From Stegostoma tigrinum (Eukaryota), in the NCBI RefSeq assembly GCF_030684315.1, contig NC_081393.1, positions 10,303,565 to 10,367,564 on the forward strand: DNA of 64,000 nt, read 5' to 3'. The notes under the pieces were generated by a model that saw only the letters and a program-made list of their open reading frames with translations, was not told the origin of the DNA and did no database searches. Shown in pieces: positions 1 to 36,296 of the stretch. Made by a program: the position numbers and the translations under genes. How positions within the stretch are numbered: the stretch's first letter is position 1; each line of letters opens with the position of its first letter.

Positions 1-943
1 ACTCTCTCCGTGACTCCCTTGTTCGCTCCACACTGCCCTCCAACCCCACCACACCCAGCACCTTCCCCTGCAATCGCAGGAAATGCTACACTTGCCCCCA
101 CACCACCTCCCTGACCCCTATCCCAGGCCCCAAGATGACTTTCCATATGAAGCAGAGGTTCACCTGCACATCTGCCAAGGTGGTATACTGCATCCATTGT
201 ACCCAGTGTGGCATCCTCTACATTGGGGAAACCAAGCGGCGGCTTGGGGACCGCTTTGCACAACGCCTCCGCTCAGTTCGCAATAAACAACTGCACCTCC
301 CAGTTGCAAACCATTTTCACTCCCCCCTCCCATTCTTTAGATGACATGTCCATCATGGGCCTCCTGCAGTGCCACAATGATGCCACCCGAAGGTTGCAGG
401 AACAGCAACTCATATTCCGCTTGGGAACCCTGCAGCCCAATGGTATCAATGTGGACTTCACCAGCTTCAAAATCTCCCCTTCCCCCACCACATCCCAAAA
501 CCAGCCGAGTTCGTCCCCTCCCCCCCCCCCCCCCCCCACTGCACCACACAACCAGCCCAGCTCTTCCCCCTCCACCCACTGCATCCCAAAACCAGCCCAA
601 CCTGTCTCTGCCTCCCTAACCTGTTCTTCCTCTCATCCATCCCTTCCTCCCACCCCAAGCCGCACCTCCATCTCCTACCTACTAACCTCATCCCACCTCC
701 TTGACCTGTCCGTCTTCCCTGGACTGACCTATCCCCTCCCTACCTCCCCACCTATACTCTCCTCTCCACCTATCTTCTTTTCTCTCCATCTTCGGTCCAC
801 CTCCCCCTCTCTCCCTATTTATTCCAGAACCCTCACCCCATCCCCCTCTCTGATGAAGGGTCCAGGCCCGAAACGTCAGCTTTTGTGCTCCTGAGATGCT
901 GCTGGGCCTGCTGTGTTCTTCCAGCCTCACATTTTATTATCTT
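1..943 (+). mobile_element. Penelope-like retroelement (Neptune-type), 3' part: Cys-rich linker, GIY-YIG endonuclease, C/T-rich 3' UTR and hammerhead-bearing tail; 5' end is outside the window; lies in a SNRNP200 intron
   Basis: Frame from 3 reads ...FPCNRRKCYTCPH...CTSAKVVYCIHCTQCGILYIGETKRRLGDRF...HLPVANHF. After a +1 frameshift in the C-run near 322-327 it continues SHSLDDMSIMGLLQC...RRLQEQQLIFRLGTLQPNGIN. This is the VVY...YIG/R/E/N pattern of PLE GIY-YIG domains. The tail at 850-943 recurs in several short elements in this window. Confidence 0.9.
850..877 (+). ncRNA. Minimal type I hammerhead ribozyme motif in the PLE 3' tail
   Basis: CTGATGA(850-856), extra A, stem II GGGT-CCAG-GCCC, GAAA(870-873), then C-G-TC. 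Predicted cleavage is after C877. Stem III is reduced to the palindrome ACGT, as known for PLE-associated hammerheads. Stem I is very short. Confidence 0.7.
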
Positions 944-1105
944 AGGTTTAATATGGCTGGCTTGTGCATCAGTGTCTATCATTATGACCATATTGACAGT
1001 ACTTAGAAAACGTTTCGGGGGAGGAGGAAGAGGCAGAACACAAAAGCAAAACGCTGTTCAAACAATAAGATGCAATTTGCAATGGGGAATGTAGTCTTCA
1101 TTTGA

Positions 1106-21647
<20,542 letters not shown>

Positions 21648-21988
21648 GCATCCACGTGCGATCTGTGTCATTGTAAAAACTTTTCTGAAGATCTTCAATG
21701 ATTGAGAGATGGGTACATGCTATTCTTCTGAAATGACTGGGGAGCACGTTCATTCTAAGCACCATGGCTTGACACTTCTGTTCAGTCTCTACAGTTTAGA
21801 GCAATGATTTTGAATGTAGAGTTGCAATAGTTTCATTTGTTATACCTGTTTTACGAATTGTAGTTGGATCTTTGGCTACCTGCATTTTTTTTTAACCCTT
21901 ACATGCCCCTTGGTAATGTACAGTTTTTAAGTGTTGTTCAGTCTGAAGTGAGCTGAAACCTTAATTATTCTGATGAAATGTTGGCCAG

Positions 21989-21994
21989 AATAAA
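21989..21994 (+). terminator. Probable SNRNP200 polyadenylation signal
   Basis: AATAAA about 340 nt after the stop codon, followed by T-rich sequence. Confidence 0.65.
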
Positions 21995-22697
21995 TGTTTA
22001 ATATTAAATCCACTGGTTTCTCTTAGAATCACTTTGTTTCAAATGACAATTCCCACATTAGTGCTTGGCCCCTGTTCGGCTGTTAGCGGTCCCTTGTATC
22101 CAGTTCTTTTGCATTTCTTTCCATGTGAAGGATTGTGGATTATGATTGATCTTTACCAAAACTACACATTCAGAAATTGGAGCAGTGTGATTCAGTTTGA
22201 AACTTACGGTCAAGAACTGTGAATTGGTAAGTACCGATTTATAATTCTCAGAAACAAATGGAATGAAGGTCATCTATGCTGTAGAAATCTTAGTTTAGGA
22301 GTGTGTAAATTTTAACTATCTGTCACAGGGCTATATGCATGAGCTGGAAACAGTTCAAGAACCTGCCATCATCCTCCAGCCATCACAGCATTTAAAAAAG
22401 AAAATTCAAACTGCATCTGAACATGATCGCATCTAGTGTTGTAGTGCAGACTTACGCAAGGGAAAACTTGTAAAAACCAGAGGACTAGCACTGTTTTACT
22501 CATTTGATCAGGCCTGTCGGAATGCACAAATACCATTTGCAGGTTAAGTATTTGTACCAAACATAAAGCTTAAAAATCTGCAGAATTTGTTTCAAATTTC
22601 AGATGCACAACACTTACTTGTGTACAAGTCTAAAGTAATTTTGATTGTCTTCCAAAATGTATAAACAAATTGTTTTTAATTGTTAAGTTCTATACAA

Positions 22698-22703
22698 TTT
22701 ATT
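22698..22703 (-). terminator. Probable CIAO1 polyadenylation signal
   Basis: TTTATT on + (AATAAA on -) about 170 nt downstream of the CIAO1 stop. Confidence 0.55.
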
Positions 22704-22869
22704 AATCTGCAGAACATGACCAGCAACTGGCAAAATAATTAGTGCAAATGTGGAAATGGGTACATGAAGTAGTCACGGTGCATAATTCCAGACTGGACAG
22801 TGCACATGCAATGCAGTTGCGGAGGATAGTTGCATTGGCACATAGCATACCTCTGAATGCATGCTTGCA

Positions 22870-25800
22870 CTAATCTTCGAACTTGTACACCCAGATAGCA
22901 ATGTCCCCATCGTCACTGCAGGATGCCAACAACCCTGGCTGCTTGGGGTTCCAAGCCACACAGTTGACATCCTCTGTGTGTGCCTTTGGAATGTGAGCCG
23001 TGAGTGAAAAGGTGGGTTGGTGGAGGTCCGAATCAGGGTCCTTCTCAAATATCCGGATTGCATCATCACCGCATGCAGTTGCTATTGCATCCGTCATGTG
23101 ACACCTGAAAGAAAGAGGCAATGTGAACAGGTTGCTCAGCAGTTATTGTGCTAAGACTTGATGAAGATGTTCAAGATCAACGGTTTTGTATCACAGTGCT
23201 TAGTAATCAAGTAAACATAGATGTAGGTTGCTTGGTGAAAAGCCAGAAAGAGAAAATGTTTTCTTAAATGCACCAAGTCAGCATACAGAAGCAACAGATT
23301 AAATTTAAAACTGGATAAATAAATTTGGAGAAACTGGCTGAAAAGTGAATTCTTCAATGGATGGCTCCACATGAGATCAAAAAGAGGCATTGAGCCCAGT
23401 GTCTCGCAACTATCCTGTTTCTTCTCACCAGTTAGAATGAGGGTGGTGTTGGTGTGACAGTCATAAAAGCATTTGAAATGGGGAATTTGCCATTTGAAAA
23501 GGTTACTGATGGAATTATGTCTTTGAACTCACCAAGAAATGTCATAGATAGGGCGACTGTGGAAGCCAGATAGAGTGCAGATACATTTCCAAGAAGGATC
23601 TGATCCACTGCATATCACGCCTGCACCAAAAAGATAATGAATTAGCAAGTCCACGTGAGACTGATTCCCACTGCACAATCAAAACGTTGCAATGTTTCAG
23701 GTTGGAAGGACATTTGTAAAATATGCAACACTGTTTTGTCAACAATACAAAAACCTTTAAAGAGGAATCATTTTTAATTGGCCTCTTGAAATATTAACTC
23801 AAAAGCCACCTCTTCTGTGACCCAATAACCTGAGACAGAACGGGATGGACTGAAATCTTCTCTTCTAACTGTATTCCAAGTTACAAGCCTCACTTCCAAT
23901 CAAGATTAGAGAACAAGTCTCTAATACGACTCGAGGTGATGGTGATGAAAATTCGTGGGTCAGGAGCCCTGGCAGTTGAACCAGCAGAGCCCAGCACGGG
24001 AATCCACACAAACAGTAGTGGAATACTTTGTCACAGCTACAGCGGGGTCTGGAAGCTCAGGGGATTTGGGTGTCCAATGGAGTATCCGGTGTCAGGTTCT
24101 TTCCACGCTGAAGTGTTATTACACACAACTGATTGCTTCTTTTACTCACCACTCATCACCCATCTTCTCAATTAATCAGATTACTGACAAAGCCCAAAAA
24201 CAACAGTGTAATGTGACCAAAAGGTGAGGGAGGGGGTTGGGTGCCATGGAAGGGATTAAATCAAAATCAAGTTGAAGGGGGTAGATAACGCACTCCACCC
24301 TGCAGTTGCACCTCTCTCTGAGGGTAAGTGTCATGAGTTTTAAATTTAAACATTTCACAAGATGATATGATAATTATAACATCATGCTCAGTTCAGTTAC
24401 TCTACCTTGTTCATTTCCAGGCCTGTATGCTTTCCAGACTTTAACAGTTTTGTCATCACTGCAAGATACCAAATGCTCTCCTGTTTTATCAAATGCGATG
24501 CTCCAAACTGTAGACTCATGACCTTCAAGAGTGTTAACACAGACCCAGTCATCATCTTCCTCCTTATACAGCTTAATGCTGTTATCATAGCTTCCAGAAG
24601 CCAGGAGCTAGTGTTGAATTCAAAATACACATCCACAATTACTTGTGCAGTCCTTATTATGTCAAGTCTTTGAAAAGGTACGTCAGTATCTTGCTCATAA
24701 GACAACATATCCAATCTAAATCAGAAAACACGGACATTGCAAATAACTAAGTACAGCAGTTGGAAATGTCAACGATGTCGTTCTTGTGAACTCTTACCTC
24801 TCCATTTGGGTGCCAAATTACATGTTTGACATCCTGGGTATGAGCATTCAGTACACTTACACACTCATAATCATCATCTTCATCCACTAAAAGGCAAATA
24901 AGAATGTCATCAATAGTTTTTGATATAGAGTCCTTACTCCGTGGACTGAGCTGTAATCCTTCAACACAGTACACTACCAATTTCAGACAGCTGAGAGTCT
25001 GTGACAGGCCTATAACAGGTTTATAAAACCATACACAGCATTTCTGTTAATTTCCCCATCAGTAATAAACAAGTCATAACATCTGCATGATGAAACAGGA
25101 CAAGGAACTGGTCCTGGAGTCTATTGCATCACCTGATTAGTTTCTGAAACTGTTAATGCAGTTGGAACATTATTCTTCAGTATCTCAGACTCAATCTCAT
25201 CATAAATCAAGTTTTGCAATGGCCACACCTTTTGGGGCAAAAGGGAAGTTACATGTTTAAACAGTGCTCTGGATGGAAGTTATGTCTTGGTTTAGCCAGT
25301 GACTAGCCCTGAAATGTTAACTCTGAATTTTTTTTCCCCGCAGACGCTGCCAGATCAGCTAAGCTTTTCCAGCATCTTCTGTTTTTGTTCCTGATTTACA
25401 GCATCCGCAGCTTTTTCAGTTTTTATGTGAAATCTGATTCTATTTGACTCTTGCATCCACTCAAGGTTTATTGTGCCTTTGTAACGTTTTTCTCCCATCT
25501 ACATTTTTTTATGTCTTGTGCTTCGTTATCATTGAGACAATACATGATCTTTAAAGGAGTTGATGGCAGAGGGTTGACATCATTACAATCGGAATTGACA
25601 GGCCAAGGTCAACGTTCTGCAGAATGTGGGTTTAGAACAGGACAGCCAGTCAAATTTAAATTCAGTTAACAAAATATGGAACTGAAAACAGATCTGAGCA
25701 ACAGTGACCATAATACTATTAATGTGTGTATTAATTTGATGGATGATTTTTGGCTATGGAAACCTGCAATTCTTACTAGTTCACCAATCACAGTCATTGA

Positions 25801-28049
25801 GTCTTAACAAGTTGGGACAGCCCATGAAAGAATACACCCTTTATACAAATTATCAATATCGTGGGTGACTTTTAAGGCTCAACAGCCAAGACATATCTCA
25901 TTGAATTATGCAAATTTCAAGTATAAAAGAGGCTTTCCAGCCCAGCATGTTTGTGCCAGCTGAGTCTGCTTTTAAGATTCAGAACTTCAAGTGCATCTCC
26001 ACCAACTGTTTAAAATATTAAGCGGTTTCTGCTTCTACCACCATTTAAGACAGGTGTCTCGGGTGCTTTTTACAGAATGGCATTTTCAAAGGGTATTCTA
26101 TGCAAAATATCTTCTCACCTTCCCAAACCCATACACTTTTATCCCGGCTGCAAGTTGCAAGGAGATTGCCAGATGGAGCCCAGGCGACAGATTTCACTTC
26201 ATTCTCGTGTCCTTCCAGTGTTGTCAAAAGCTATGAAAACAAACACTAGGCCTGAGAAACAAACGCTCAAACTTATACCGAGTCCATTCCATTCAAACAG
26301 TTCATAGAAGACCCAATGTAACTAACAACTTTATCTCATGTTTTAAGCTGACACAAGACTCAAGTTATAAATAAAACTGCTGCCAGAAATGTCGCCAGCA
26401 TTATTTTGAAAACATTATTTCCAAAAGCCGTTTCAGAACGCAACGATAGCAGTGGGTTTGGCAGGGTGTTCTGCTCATCTGCGTCTTGCAGACTGATAAA
26501 AGCTGTACAGCATGGAAACAGACCATTCAGTCCAACTCAGCCAGATAGTCCAAATTAATCTAATCCTATTTACCAGCATTTGGCCCATATCCCTCAAAAC
26601 CCTTCCTATTCATATACCCATCCAGGCACCTTATAAATGTTGTGACTGACCCAGCTTCCACCAGTTCATTTGGCAGTTCAATCTGTACACGCACCACCCT
26701 GTGCATGAAGAAGTTGCCCCAAGGTCTTTTAAATCTTTCCCCTCTGATGTTTAACGTATGCCCCCTAGTTTTGGACTCACCAACCTTGGGTAAAAAAACC
26801 TTAGCTGTTCACCCTATCCATACTTTTACAAACTTCTATAAATAAGGTCACCCCTCAACCTCTGACATTCCAGGGAAAACAGCTCCGGCCTATTTAGCAT
26901 CTCCTGATAGCTCAAAGACTCCAACACTCGCAACATCCTTCTCTTACTGACTAAAGATCTGTCTCTCATTCTCAAATACGTTTAATAACCCAATCTTGAC
27001 AGTTGTCTGCAGTGAAGAATTTCACAAATTCACTAGCCCAGGGGAGAAGAAATTCCTCCGTTTCTGTCTTAAATGAATGATCCTTCATGACAAGATTCTG
27101 TCCTCAACACCTATTCCCCAATAAAGTGATTTTTTTAAATTCATGAACAGGGTAAGGGCATCACTAGCTTGACTGCATTTATTGCCCATCCCTAATTGCC
27201 CAGTGGGCAGTTAAGAGTCAACCACATTGTTGGGGTCTGGAGTCACACGTATGCCAGACCAGGAAAGGATGGCAGTTTCCTTCCCCCAAGGACGTTAGCG
27301 GACCAGATGGGTTTTTCCTGACAATCGACAATGGATTCACGATCATTAGATTCTTGATTCCAGACATTGAATTCAAACTCGACCATCCGCCATGGTGGGA
27401 TTCCAACCCAGGTCCCCAGAACATTATCAGAGGAGCAAGAAAGTTTGACGTTTCGTGTCGGGTCTCGACCTGAAATGTCAAACTTTCCTGCTTCTCTGAT
27501 GCTACTTGGCCTGTTATGTTCATTCAGCTTCACACCACGTTATCTCAGATTCTCCAGCATCGGCAGTTCCCACTATCTCTCCCCAGAACATTATCTGGGT
27601 CTCTGGATGAAGAGTCCAGCAACAAAAACCATGAAGCCATCGCGGGAGTTCAGAGTGCACTACCTCAAATGCGGCCTCCTTCTTCCTCCAGATGCAGGTG
27701 GTGGCGTCGAAGCTGACCGAAGCCAGGTAGGTACCGCAGGGCGACCAAGAGACCTTCCGCACGGTCCGCTGGTGCCCATCTTCCAGGAGGCACTTGCACA
27801 GCCAGGAGGCCCCTGGGGGGTGTGGAAAAACAAGAGTCGGGAGAATGAAATGCGGTTGTCCAGGCCTCGTACCCCCCGCCCCGGCAGATCAATCGGGAAG
27901 CCGCCCGCACCTTCTCTGGCCCAGATACGCACTGCCCGATCGCCTCCACACGAAGCCAGCAGCGTACCGCTCGGGCTCCAGGCCACATACCAGGCCCGGG
28001 AGTCGGGATGCGCCAAGAAGCGGGACTCGAGCGTCAACCGCCACTTCAT
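22870..28049 (-). CDS. CIAO1: Cytosolic iron-sulfur assembly component 1 (WD40 protein), 337 aa
   Basis: Exons (5'->3'): 28049-27911, 27812-27664, 26230-26119, 24886-24798, 24607-24406, 23620-23533, 23104-22870, total 1014 nt, all GT-AG. Translation has seven WD repeats: [106 protein letters not shown]. Confidence 0.97.
25305..25430 (+). mobile_element. Short repeat, family B (putative PLE-tail derived)
   Basis: GAAATGTTAACTCTG...CAGACGCTGCCAGATCAGCTAAGCTTTTCCAGCA...CAGCATCCGCAG. The same sequence recurs at 29480, 30255, 45550, 51510, 52190, 58310 and 63548. Confidence 0.7.
26500..26945 (-). mobile_element. CR1-type LINE 3' end
   Basis: Similar to the 3' end of the element at 8490 (ACAGCATGGAAACAGACC..., CCAGGGAAAACAGCTCCGGCCTATTTAGC). 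Confidence 0.7.
27135..27640 (-). mobile_element. tRNA-derived SINE, interrupted by a family A fold-back element
   Basis: B-box-like GGGTTGGAATCCC on the minus strand. Body is shared with the copy at 60845-61170, and the tail with the fragment at 30394-30452. Confidence 0.75.
27429..27579. mobile_element. Family A fold-back element with 16-bp TSD
   Basis: TCCCCAGAACATTATC at 27413-27428 and 27580-27595. A short inverted left arm precedes the full PLE tail. Confidence 0.88.
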
Positions 28050-28361
28050 CCCAGGCGCGCGTGTGACCTCCCCCGAACCAGAAGCGCCGTCGCCACACCC
28101 ACTCCTGCTCCGGATTGGTTAGAGGTCTTGCCCGTATCCAGTTTCTATTGGCTAAGACCCCCGTCCATCAAGCGCAGATATCACCAATCACCAAGGCGCA
28201 GTCTGGCCCAACAATTCAGACGTCACATCCGGATCGAAAACGGATGCGAAACTGATGGCTGCGCTGGAATCGTTTATTGTCGTCGTCGTCGTCGTCCGTT
28301 ACTGATATCGGAGTTTCGGTGGTTCGTTGTTCTCTTGTGGCGGCCCAGGCCGGAAAGGACA
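28050..28361. promoter_or_regulatory. Bidirectional CIAO1/TMEM127 promoter within a CpG island (about 27640-28740)
   Basis: Head-to-head ATGs with only 312 bp between them. CCAAT boxes at 28114-28118 (rev), 28147-28151 (rev) and 28184-28188. CRE-like GACGTCA at 28219-28225. High CpG density and a (GTC)6 repeat near 28279-28296. Confidence 0.85.
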
Positions 28362-31681
<3,320 letters not shown>

Positions 31682-33874
31682 ATCTCAGGGCACGTTATTT
31701 TCTCATCTCAAGTCTCACTTCACTTGACTGTTCAGACATGTTCAGTGGAATTCTCAACCTCAAGCACTTCACTCCAACGCCGCCTCATCCTTCCTGCTTA
31801 GAGGCCGAATCCTCTGATCATCTCAACTACAAAAATGTTGGTTATATTTTCAGTGAATCAACTTGTTCAGACATGTTATGGTGCTTGTCTAGGATAGGTG
31901 ATACAAGAACCTGGGTGTTCTAGCTCAGAGGTAGATATACTACCCCTGAGTCACAAGACCCTACGAATATGTTTTTGTGCTGTTGAGGGTTGATGAGACC
32001 TTTGAGTAAGTTGGAGTTGACTTCTCAAGTGACCATATTTGTAAAAGAGGCAGTACCTTTTTCACTTCGGAAGGCTGTATTTGAACATTTGTAAAGTTGA
32101 ACATTTTATAGACTTTAAAACTTTTAATGCTTTAAATAAACTACAATCATGTGCTTTTGTTATTACATTGCTCTGGAAGTATTTGAATTAGTCAAAACAA
32201 TTTGATTCTAAAACGTGTTAGTGTTCTTCCAAAAGGATTTGGACATTTTCTGCCCATAAATCAGTATTGCAAGTTGCCGCAGTCGAAAGGATACTGTCTC
32301 TGATTTCTTAGTCAGAAAGTAAGCATCTGCTTGTTTGCACCTTAGCCTTTAATCACTTGCACATTTTACAGCTTGCCTCATTTACACAAAGGAAATAGTT
32401 TTCAATTATTCAGTAGAGAGATCAAGGGAGTCTTTCAGAAATCTTTTGGGGGCAGGGAAATTTACAGTTCACATTATGGAGTTGTCATGCTGCTGAACTG
32501 ACCAACTGGGATTTGTTTACCTTCAGTTTGGTTGCTTTGCTTGAAGTTTTTGTTCCCTCTCCTAATTACATTGGAAGAGGAGTTGAAAGGACTAAATTAG
32601 ATTCTGAAGAATCTAATCAGGTTTTAGAATACTACAACACAAAACAAATTCCTAGTGTGGCTTCATAAAGATGTCATTACTGCCACATGAACGTATATGG
32701 GCAAATTTTGTCTCATTTAGTCATATGTAAGCAAAAATGTATCCCAGAGATAGCTTTCAAAGAAGAGGGAGTTGATGACAGAAATCCCAGACTTCCCCAT
32801 TTGGTGCCTAACCTGAACATGGACAAAAGAAATATCAACACTTGATATTCCAAATTAGGTGCCATAATGTCATGGTTTACTGAAATCCATCTATTGGCAC
32901 AGCTGGACTGTTATACTCCTTTTGGTACAAGTGGAAGGGTTACACTGTTGAATGGTAACATCATCAACAAAGGATTATTTTAAATAGAGTCTTTGGTGTT
33001 TTACTGATTCAGAGCATGCAAAGAACATATTTGCACTTGGAGGTACTGTAGCTGTCATCGTAACAGTTTGTTTTAATGAGAATTGTGTCTCATCTGAAGT
33101 GGGATATCTAAACTTGTCTTTGGATCTAGAAGACACTATCCTAGGCAAGGTACTCTCCCTTCCTCAAGTCACATTAAGTTCAGATTTGAGGAAACAAGAT
33201 GCCCTGCCTGAGCAACAGTTCCAACTGTTGTCATTTTTTAGGCATGCTGTTGTAGTAAATGACCAAAATTAAACTGCATTGTCAACCAAAAATACACATT
33301 CATTTTGTAGAAACGTTCACACCCTCAATCATTTCCTGTGGACCTCTGTTTCTGTTTTAACATAATCTCTTATTGACTTTGCATCTTGAGCATGAATGCA
33401 CTTTATGATAGATGATGTGAAGGTGAACTAACAAGAACAACCCTTGGTGAGTAACATTAGATTCAATAGAAACACCTAAACCCCACCCAACTTCGACTCA
33501 AACCAAAATCTTCCAGCAATGACTTGGGCAACTGTTTATTTTATCAAGCAACAGCCAGCAGTTGAGTAAGTATTCCCCCATCAACGTTACAGAAAGCTAC
33601 AGCACTATTCCCAACAAGCTCAGAACAATGGGGCTTAATCTTCTCAATTATAATCAGCTCTGACTGATGACAGGCAATAAAATGCAGAGAATTGGTGCCA
33701 AATCCTTAGCATGCTATCTGCCAAAATCAATGCATTAGGATATAAAGATGTGCAAACGTTAGTACAGCTGTACAGCTGATGACTTTTAATAAATATGGAA
33801 TTACAAGCTAGCTGCGTCACATTTTTGTAAATATCCCCATTTATTAACGACCTACAAAACAAAACTTAATTTGT

Positions 33875-34080
33875 AGGACAAGGTCATAAGTCACACGACA
33901 CCAAGTTGTAGTCCAACAGGTTTATGTGAAATCATGTGCTTTCAGACTGCTGCTCCTCCAAGTGAAGTTCATCTGACTGAGCAGTGCTGTGAAAGCCTGA
34001 GATTTCAAATAAACTTGTTGGATGAGAACCTGGCGTCATGTAACTTCTTACTTAATTCATCCCAGTTCAACACCTGCAGC
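33875..34080. mobile_element. Fold-back element, family C (degenerate hammerhead centre)
   Basis: Inverted arms AAGTCACACGACACCAAGTTGTAGTCCAACAGGTTTAT... / ...AATAAACTTGTTGGATGAGAACCTGGCGTCATGTAACTT. A second copy is at 55070-55280. Confidence 0.75.
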
Positions 34081-34429
34081 TTCACTCATAATTTAAATAA
34101 TTGGCAAGCTTCTATTCCTCACTCAGTTTGAGGTTATTAGCCCTGTAACCATTTTCTGGTCCAGTTTGGCAAGGTGTGTCTGTATCTGTTCTGGCACCTG
34201 ATCTGCCTGCCTGAACACTTCAAGCAACTTGCAAACAATGGCTCAGAAGAAAGACTTGGTAGAAGAGCCAACCTCCCTCCTCCCCCCTCCCCCCCCCCCC
34301 CCCCCCAACAAAATTTGTCAGTTGGGTTTCTATTATTTATATGCGTTGATGGAATGGAAAATCAGCCATATTTCAAAACAAAAGAGTATAAAGAATAAAT
34401 TCAACAGCGGCTTCTATGCTAAGAGATAG

Positions 34430-35010
34430 CAAAAAACTGCAGATGCTGAAATCAAACAGTTTGGAGCTGGAAAGCTGACGTTTCGGGTTGGGAATCTTCT
34501 TCAGTAAAGGGGAGGGGAGAAGGTAGCTCAGAAATAGAGGAGGGGTGGGATGGTGACAGGGGAGTGGTGAGAATTGGTCAATATTATGGGAGGGGTGGAT
34601 AGGTTGGGGGGGAAGATGGACAGGTTCTGTCAGGTCAAGGTGGTACAGATGAGACAGAGGCTCAGGCATGGAATGAGGCTAGGGTGGGGAGATTTTAAAA
34701 CTGGTAAAATCCATGTTTGGGCCATTGGGTTGTAGGGTCCCAAAGCGGAATATATGATGAGCTCCTCCAGTTTGCAGGTAGTGCTACTGTGACACTGGAG
34801 AAGGCCCAGGATTGACATGTCACCCAGGTAGTGGGAGGGGGAGTTAAAATAGTTGGAAAGCAGGTGTTGTCATTTGTCACCTTGATAGCACAGATGCTCT
34901 GCAAAAATGGTCTGAATCTACACTTGGTCTCACTGCTGTAGAGGAGGTCATACTGGGAGCAGCGGATACAGCAGACCAAGTTGATTGATGTGCAGGTGAA
35001 CCCCTGTCTA
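34430..35010 (-). mobile_element. Penelope-like retroelement 3' fragment, decayed, with hammerhead motif at 34477-34504
   Basis: Minus-strand ORFs FTCTSINLVCCIRCSQYDLLYSSETK and MSILGLLQCHS are homologous to the GIY-YIG at 135-470. Tail reads CTGAAGAAG...CCCGAAACGTCAGC. Confidence 0.85.
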
Positions 35011-35960
35011 AACAACAAAACTACCACTCTAACAGTAGCACATATCTGTGAATAAAAGCTCATTTGATATTGCAACTGCATCGAGCACTTATCAACAAGT
35101 TATTTCATCAACTTATTCAGACATGTCTTCTCTAATGCCTGGGACAAGGTGAGATGCAGCCCCAACTTGCTAAAGACACTGCTGTTTTGTCAAAAAAAAT
35201 TTAAAAAGCCAACTACATACTATGTAAGATGGGATGATTGTACTTCAGGGCTATCAAGTCACCAATTTACACACAGCAATCTGAACATAAATAGGGCACG
35301 TGTCAAAAGTTTACCCTTGGCCATATACAACTGTCATTTCTTTCTACCCTAGTATCCAGAAGAGTGCTTCTGCATATGACTTTTCTTTACCTCCCCATCA
35401 CCAAACAGCCTGTGATGTATTTTCACCTATGAACCACCAATAAATTACCCATGTTTTCAAACTGATTTATGTGCTCAGCCCATTAAATGCAATGCAGGCC
35501 AGCAAAGGGGAAGGGTGGAGAACTTCCTGTCCTACTTTGAAAAATGCATTCATTCTGTGCAAATTAGAGACTGTGGAGTCCTCGACTTGAGCCACTGAAC
35601 CTTTCTTCTAATCCATAGGCCTTGAGAAATGCTTCAAAGACACAAATATATAGATACTGCAACAACAGCTGAACAAAACTGGCTTATGAAACAAATAAAA
35701 GCCATTTTTCAGAAGAGGTCACAATAAAACTATTGTGAGATTATCACAGTCCAAATAACTCACTGATCGCTTCAAGCAAAGGAAATGCACCATTCTCCTG
35801 CAAACTGGCTGCAAAGATTCCAGACCAACAGCATTTTGAGTGATTTGTCATTAAAGGCGTTTATTTCTCAAAAAAGCAGTTCAAAACATAATTACATACG
35901 GGCAATAAATACTGACCTTGCCTACAATGCTTCTGTTCTGTCAAAAAGTTAAAAAAAATC

Positions 35961-35976
35961 TTTATTCCACTTTATT
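35961..35976 (-). terminator. Probable NCAPH polyadenylation signals (two AATAAA)
   Basis: TTTATT at 35961-35966 and 35971-35976, about 320 nt after the NCAPH stop. Confidence 0.6.
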
Positions 35977-36296
35977 TTACAAAGACAACAGCTAAAATAC
36001 GAGGTTAAAATAGTCTTCAAATGACAGTTGGATGGAAAGGTAACAAGTCTTTATCAAAAAGTTGTCTCTGGATATTCATTAGGGTGTTAATCATTTAACA
36101 TAAATCTCAAATCATAATTTCAACACTGAAAAGTTGCCAATTAGTTGTCTGAATAAATTCTTTATACAAATGAAGGAAAGCACCCAATGGGGTCAAGTAA
36201 TAGCCATGATACAAGGCTCACTGTGCAAGAAAAGATTTACAAATATGTACAACCCCTCCAACTTATGCTTTACATGTATGTACAATCAGAATGTCT

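Noticed and set aside
27367-28122. 251-aa + strand ORF antisense to CIAO1
   Set aside because: A patchwork of SINE, fold-back element and GC-rich antisense exon sequence. Stop codons are rare in CpG islands.
28008-28361. Open in-frame N-terminal extension of TMEM127 from an ATG at 28008
   Set aside because: That ATG lies inside CIAO1 exon 1, upstream of the likely TMEM127 TSS. Homology starts at MYGP (28362).
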